A DNA stretch of 38,985 nucleotides from Nemertoderma westbladi (Eukaryota; Animalia; Xenacoelomorpha). Under the pieces are notes generated by a model, which saw only the letters and a program-made list of their open reading frames with translations, made no database searches and was not told the origin of the DNA. Location: contig JAUCBJ010003890.1 of NCBI GenBank assembly GCA_032718475.1, positions 1 to 38,985 of the forward strand. The letters run 5' to 3'. Every line of letters begins with the position of its first letter. Position 1 is the stretch's first letter. Positions 33,122 to 38,985 of this stretch are shown here, one piece after another. A program made the translations under genes and the position numbers.

Positions 33122-35080
33122 AATCCGGGATTGGGTGTAAAATACGGATTCAGGTTTATTACAAAGTTTTATTAAATCCGGGAAGGGGTGTAAAACGCGG
33201 ATTCAAGTTAATTACCATGTTTTATTGGATCCGGGAAGGGGTGTAAAACGCGGATTCAAGTTAATTACCATGTTTTATTGGATCCGGAATGGGGTGTAAA
33301 ATACGGATTCAGGTTTATTACAAAGTTTTATTAAATCCGGGAAGGGGTGTAAAACGCGGATTCAAGTTAATTACCATGTTTTATTGGATCCGGGAAGGGG
33401 TGTAAAACGCGGATTCAAGTTAATTACCATGTTTTATTGGATCCGGGAAGGGGTGTAAAACGCGGATTCAAGTTAATTACCATGTTTTATTGGATCCGGA
33501 ATGGAGTGTAAAACACGGATTTACGTTAATTACCAAGTTTTATTGGATCCGAGAAGGGGTGTAAAACGCGGATTCAAGTTAATTACCATGTTTTATTGGA
33601 TCCGGGAAGGGGTGTAAAACGCGGATTCAAGTTAATTACCATGTTTTATTGGATCCGGGAAGGGGTGTAAAACGCGGATTCTAGTTAATTACCAAGTTTT
33701 ATTGGATCCGGGAAGGGGTGTAAAACACGGATTTACGTTGATTACCAAGTTTTATTGGATCCGGAATGGAGTGTAAAACACGGATTTACGTTAATTACTA
33801 AGTTTTATTGGATCCGGAATGGAGTGTAAAACACGGATTTACGTTAATTATCAAGTTTTATTGGATCCGGAATGGAGTGTAAAACGCGGATTCAAGTTAA
33901 TTACCAAGTTTTATTGGATCCGGAATGGAGTGTAAAACACGGATTTACGTTAATTACTAAGTTTTATTGGATCCGGAATGGAGTGTAAAACACGGATTTA
34001 CGTTAATTATCAAGTTTTATTGGATCCGGGAAGGGGTGTAAAACACGGATTTACGTTAATTACCAAGTTTTATTGGATCCGGGAAGGGGTGTAAAACACG
34101 GATTTACGTTAATTACCAAGTTTTATTGGATCCGGGAAGGGGTGTAAAACACGGATTTACGTTGATTACCAAGTTTTTTTGGATCCGGAATGGAGTGTAA
34201 AACACGGATTTACGTTAATTACTAAGTTTTATTGGATCCGGAATGGAGTGTAAAACACGGATTTACGTTAATTATCAAGTTTTATTGGATCCGGAATGCA
34301 GTGTAAAACGCGGATTCACGTTAATTACCAAGTTTTATTGGATCCGGAATGGAGTGTAAAACACGGATTTACGTTAATTACTAAGTTTTATTGGATCCGG
34401 AATGGAGTGTAAAACACGGATTTACGTTAATTATCAAGTTTTATTGGATCCGGAATGGAGTGTAAAACGCGGATTCAAGTTAATTACCATGTTTTATTGG
34501 ATCCGGGAATGGGGTGTAAAACGCGGATTCAAGTTAATTACCATGTTTTGTTGGATCCGGAATGGAGTGTAAAACACGGATTTACGTTAATTACCAAGTT
34601 TTATTGGATCCGAGAAGGGGTGTAAAACACGGATTTACGTTAATTACCATGTTTTATTGGATCCGGGAAGGGGTGTAAAACGCGGATTCAAGTTAATTAC
34701 CATGTTTTATTGGATCCGGGAAGGGGTGTAAAACGCGGATTCAAGTTAATTACCATGTTTTATTGGATCCGGGAAGGGGTGTAAAACGCGGATTCAAGTT
34801 AATTACCAAGTTTTATTGGATCCGGAATGGAGTGTAAAACACGGATTTACGTTAATTACTAAGTTTTATTGGATCCGGAATGGAGTGTAAAACACGGATT
34901 TACGTTAATTATCAAGTTTTATTGGATCCGGAATGGAGTGTAAAACGCGGATTCAAGTTAATTACCATGTTTTATTGGATCCGGGAAGGGGTGTAAAACG
35001 CGGATTTGCGTTAATTACCAAGTTTTATTGGATCCGGGAAGGGGTGTAAAACGCGGATTCAAGTTAATTAGTAAGTTTTA
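33122..35080 (+). repeat. Left-arm 53-bp tandem array (~37 units)
   Basis: GGATCCGGGAAGGGGTGTAAAACGCGGATTCAAGTTAATTACCATGTTTTATT and the variant GGATCCGGAATGGAGTGTAAAACACGGATTTACG... Confidence 0.95.
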
Positions 35081-36647
35081 ATGAACAATTTATAAAACGC
35101 ATATGCAATAAAGACCCAGACCCTCATCTAGTTATACATTTTCAGAAACGCCGGTCGAATTTAAGGGTGGCGCACGGACCGCGGCGCGCGCCGCAACGGC
35201 GCATCGGCCCGGCGCGACTAGAAGGAGTGGGAATTTCGTAAAAGTGTCAAAGTAAAAAATGTTCCTTACCCCCGAATTATGGTTGACGGAGCAAATAAAA
35301 AATACAAAAAAGTTAATTCTAGGGGGCGTACCGGACCGTCGAAGGTTTCCGATTGGTCGATCGCGTTTTCGTCGATTTCGGCGGGAAGGAAGCGAATAAA
35401 GTAAAAACATGTACAAGCGATATGGTAGGGACGGGGGTCCTCTATCCAACGCAAGCGGTCCCAATGTCGCGCTGTAAGTAGTTCTCGAGATATTGACAGA
35501 AGTACCGAGTCTACAGAAAAATGCACTAATTAGCAATTAGCGCTAATTAAGAGTTAATTAAAAATAAATTAGCGAAACTAACAATGTCAATCGATGTAAA
35601 TCCATGAGAGAAACTTGCCAATTTTTTAAATTTCCAAAAAGACCCAAGAATAGCCGAGTTATTCAACTTTTTGTAAAATTGAGGTCTTTGTCGCCAAGGC
35701 GCGTCAGGGCCTCGAATGGCCGCCGATCCAATATTTGCTATTATTGAGAAAAAAAGGGAATACGAGGTATATTGATAAAATTTTCGACCTAGAGCGCCGC
35801 GTACAAGTACTATTATATGAAATATAGTCCTTTTAATCAATTTAGGGTATTTGCTCTAATTATGTCATTTTATAGTCCTTTTTAACCAAAAGTAAAACTG
35901 TAAGCTGTTCTATTGACTTTAGTTTATTGTTTTGGTTAGAATAACGTGTCTCTGTAACCTGCTCCTTTCCTCTTTATTAATCCATTTAGGGTATATTCTC
36001 TATTCTATGTTATCCTAATGATCTGCGAATATGTAACATACTTAGTGAAAATGTGCCAAAGTTGAATACAGTATTTTTAGAACTAAACCTTGATTCTTTT
36101 TATAAATGCTATAAACTTGGACAGTTGAAAACTGTTGTTCAACCAGCCATGGAGTGGCTGGTTGAACAACCCAACATACTCCAAGCGTTATCCCCTCCCT
36201 TTAAACTTTGTGGTTGGAGGATGGGTATCAGTAACAACAAGTTAGATTCGATCATCATATATAATAATTAATAATTTAAGTTAGCTATAATTAATTAATA
36301 GGCCTACATATTCTACTTATACTGAGATTTACTTCGAGACTGTTCCCAATTCTCTCTCTCATCTTCATATTTTTTTAAAGTCAAGACTTAAACATCACCG
36401 TACGTGTAAAAATAGCGTCTCTTTACGTCGCTCTTCTTCTTCTTCTCCTCCTCGTCTCGTCTCGTCTCGTATCTTCTCTTGGATTTGTCATCCGCTCTCT
36501 TTCTCATCTTATTTACTATTCTCCTCTTCTATTCTATTATTATTCTCTTAATTTATTCTCTATCTCTATCTCTATTACTCTACATACACTATTACTATTC
36601 CCCCGCGATGACTAAAATTTTTAAGATGTAAACTCTAGTTACAATTA

Positions 36648-36845
36648 TTAATTAGTACAATGTTTATTGTTCTTTAGTAACTTTTCTTGGCTTGCTGACT
36701 TTCCTGGTTTTTTCTTCTCCGGACTCGGGGTGCACGATGTTTGGGTAGTTAGTTCAAGCGGCTCAACAATGGCTGTATCATTGGTTGGACTCGGAATAAC
36801 GAATCCCGTAAATGGAACCTTTACAAAGTCATCACTGTCATCCAT
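36648..36845 (-). other. Possible captured gene 5' fragment (65-aa ORF MDDSDDF...) inside the Foldback spacer
   Basis: aaacATGG start context, with upstream TCAGTA (Inr-like), TATTTAA and a CCAAT box (AGCCAATCAG, ~37014-37023). Confidence 0.3.
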
Positions 36846-37354
36846 GTTTAATAAGAAATTAAATAAGAAATTATACTGAACAGTTCAGCCTCCATAAATT
36901 ACGAAGGCAGCACGCTTGCAAGGCCTTAAATAGAGTACGCTATGATGCAGTACAAACTACCGCCAGCTAGGCAGAACAGTGATTCTTATTTGTAAGGGAG
37001 GTTGGGATGGATAAGCCAATCAGGGAACAGGACAGTAATCCTACCATACAATTGTCTACAGAGCCGCTCTACCAGAGAGGTCACGTTCCCACGGTAGTAT
37101 AGTTTTTCAGCTAATCAATATCTAATAATGTCTGACGGCCAAGCATCACCATCGCCCTTATTAATAATTCATTGGGAAGCATTGACCCCTATTAAGGTGT
37201 CCCCCAGAGCCGGATTAAGCTTATGTGTGGCCCCTAGACATAGACAAATTATTAAGGTGTCTATTAACTATTAAGGTGTCCCCCATTAATGTTTGTGTCC
37301 CTCATTAATGTGTGTACCTCATTAATAGTTGTGTCCCTCATTAACAAACTCAGT

Positions 37355-38400
37355 AATTAACGTAAATCCGCGTTTTACACCCCTTCCCGGATCCAGTAAC
37401 ACTTTGTAATTAACCTGAATCAATCCGCGTTTTACACCCCTTCCCGGATCTAGTAACACTTGGTAAATAAATTGAATCCGCGTTTTACACCCCTTTCCGG
37501 ATCCATTAAAACTTGGTAATTCACGAAAATCCGTGTATTACACTCCATTCCGGATCCAATAAAACTTGGTAATTAACGAAAATCCGTGTTTTATACTCCA
37601 TTCCGGATCCAACAAAACTTTGTAATTAACGAAATCCGTGTTTTACACTCCATTCCGGATCCAACAAAATTTGGTTATTAACGAAATCCGTGTTTTACAC
37701 TCCATTCCGGATCCAACAAAACTTGGTAATTAACGAAAATCCGTGTATTACACTCCATTCCGGATCCAACAAAACTTGGTAATTACGAAAATCCGTGTTT
37801 TACACTCCATTCCGGATCCAATAAAACTTGGTGATTAACGAAAATCCGTGTTTTACACTCCATTCCGGATCCAACAAAACTTGGTAATTAACGAAAATCC
37901 GTGTATTACACTCCATTCCGGATCCAACAAAACTTGGTAATTCACGAAAATCCGTGTTTTACACTCCATTCCGGATCCAATAAAACTTGGTAATTAACGT
38001 AAATCCGTGTTTTACACTCCATTCCGGATCCAATAAAACTTGGTAATTAACGTAAATCCGTGTTTTACACTCCATTCCGGATCCAATAAAACTTGGTGAT
38101 TAACGAAAATCCGTGTTTTACACTCCATTCCGGATCCAACAAAACTTGGTAATTAACGAAAATCCGTGTTTTACACTCCATTCCGGATCCAACAAAACTT
38201 GGTGATTAACGAAAATCCGTGTTTTACACTCCATTCCGGATCCAACAAAACTTGGTAATTAACGAAAATCCGTGTTTTACACTCCATTCCGGATCCAACA
38301 AAACTTGGTAATTCACGAAAATCCGTGTATTACACTCCATTCCGGATCCATTAAAACTTGGTAATTAACGTAAATCCGTATTTTACACTCCATTCCGGAT
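37355..38400 (-). repeat. Right-arm 53-bp tandem array (~20 units), inverted relative to the left arm
   Basis: AATCCGTGTTTTACACTCCATTCCGGATCCAAYAAAACTTGGTAATTAACG is the reverse complement of the left unit. Confidence 0.95.
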
Positions 38401-38985
38401 TCATAAAATATATGAATCCGCGTTTTACACTGCAATACGGATTGCGTATTTCAGAATCCGCATATTACACTCAGTTACGGATTGTATGTAAATCCGGATC
38501 CGCCTTTTACACTCGCAAATCCGGGTCCTGATCCGTATCCGGATCCTGAATCCGGATCCGGATCCGCGTTTTACACCTACCCCGTTTTTTTCGTCAATCT
38601 TTGAAATTTTCGTTTCGTTTCAAAGATTGTAAATTCGTTTTTTGTTTCGTTTTCTTCTATAAAGTTTTTTATTTTTTAAAAGTAAAGTTTTAAATATAAC
38701 CGCCCCCCATACCAACACCATAATATTGTAGTATAATGTAGTTACAATATACTATACTATAAAATGATTAATTATCATTCTATCAATGGTGTTTCACTCC
38801 CCCTAACTTTTTGCGGTATGTCTCCTTTTGTGTTTTATACACTATACTGGTAACATACGTAACGTCCCGGCCTGTGAAATGCCAAACTATATCAGTTGCT
38901 CTATTGTATTATATGTTCCTAGCAATTTACTATCAGTATTGCCTTAGTGCCTATTACTGTTCTACTGTAGTCCGCCCTAGGCTGT

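Larger units (their letters stand above)
32867..38582. mobile_element. 5.7-kb Foldback-type Mutator (MULE) element, non-autonomous
   Basis: Termini GGGTCAGAGTAAAACGCGGATCCGGATC and GATCCGGATCCGCGTTTTACACCTACCC. Perfect 9-bp TSD CGTTTTTTT (32858-32866, 38583-38591). Both arms are built of inverted 53-bp tandem arrays. Confidence 0.92.

Noticed and set aside
35132-35840. Minus-strand ORFs as the Foldback transposase
   Set aside because: No DDE/MULE or zinc-finger motifs; the sequence looks like a non-coding TE fragment.
33122-38400. CRISPR-like regularly spaced repeats
   Set aside because: The units are contiguous 53-bp tandem copies with no unique spacers, there are no cas genes and the context is eukaryotic. 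They are the arms of a TIR element.

Overview
AT-rich eukaryotic genomic DNA, most likely from an invertebrate animal; the species cannot be determined from this window. The backbone is the + strand gene for the spliceosomal GTPase EFTUD2/Snu114 (U5-116 kDa): six internal GT-AG exons (2561-2790, 10646-10781, 20977-21266, 21472-21631, 31918-32094, 32350-32465; 1109 coding nt, reading phases consistent). Its first and last exons lie outside the window. The large introns (about 7.9, 10.2, 10.3 and more than 6.5 kb) are packed with nested mobile DNA: three decayed non-LTR retrotransposons (RTE-, CRE- and CR1/L2-like, all antisense) and many non-autonomous TIR elements with readable TSDs (Mutator/Foldback, hAT, Kolobok-, Academ-, Harbinger- and Merlin-like, plus Helentron-associated). 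The most intriguing signals are: (1) intronless antisense ORFs nested in the introns that join a CARD/death-fold-like domain to N/Q-rich tandem repeats, next to NHL-propeller-like ORFs; (2) a ~60-90 bp module found five times inside otherwise different elements; (3) a 5.7-kb Foldback-type Mutator with satellite arms and possible cargo; (4) a covarying hairpin motif in an insert flanked by a 45-bp duplication; (5) candidate recursive or poison splice sites in this splicing-factor gene. Family assignments come from motif recognition by eye; no database search was run.
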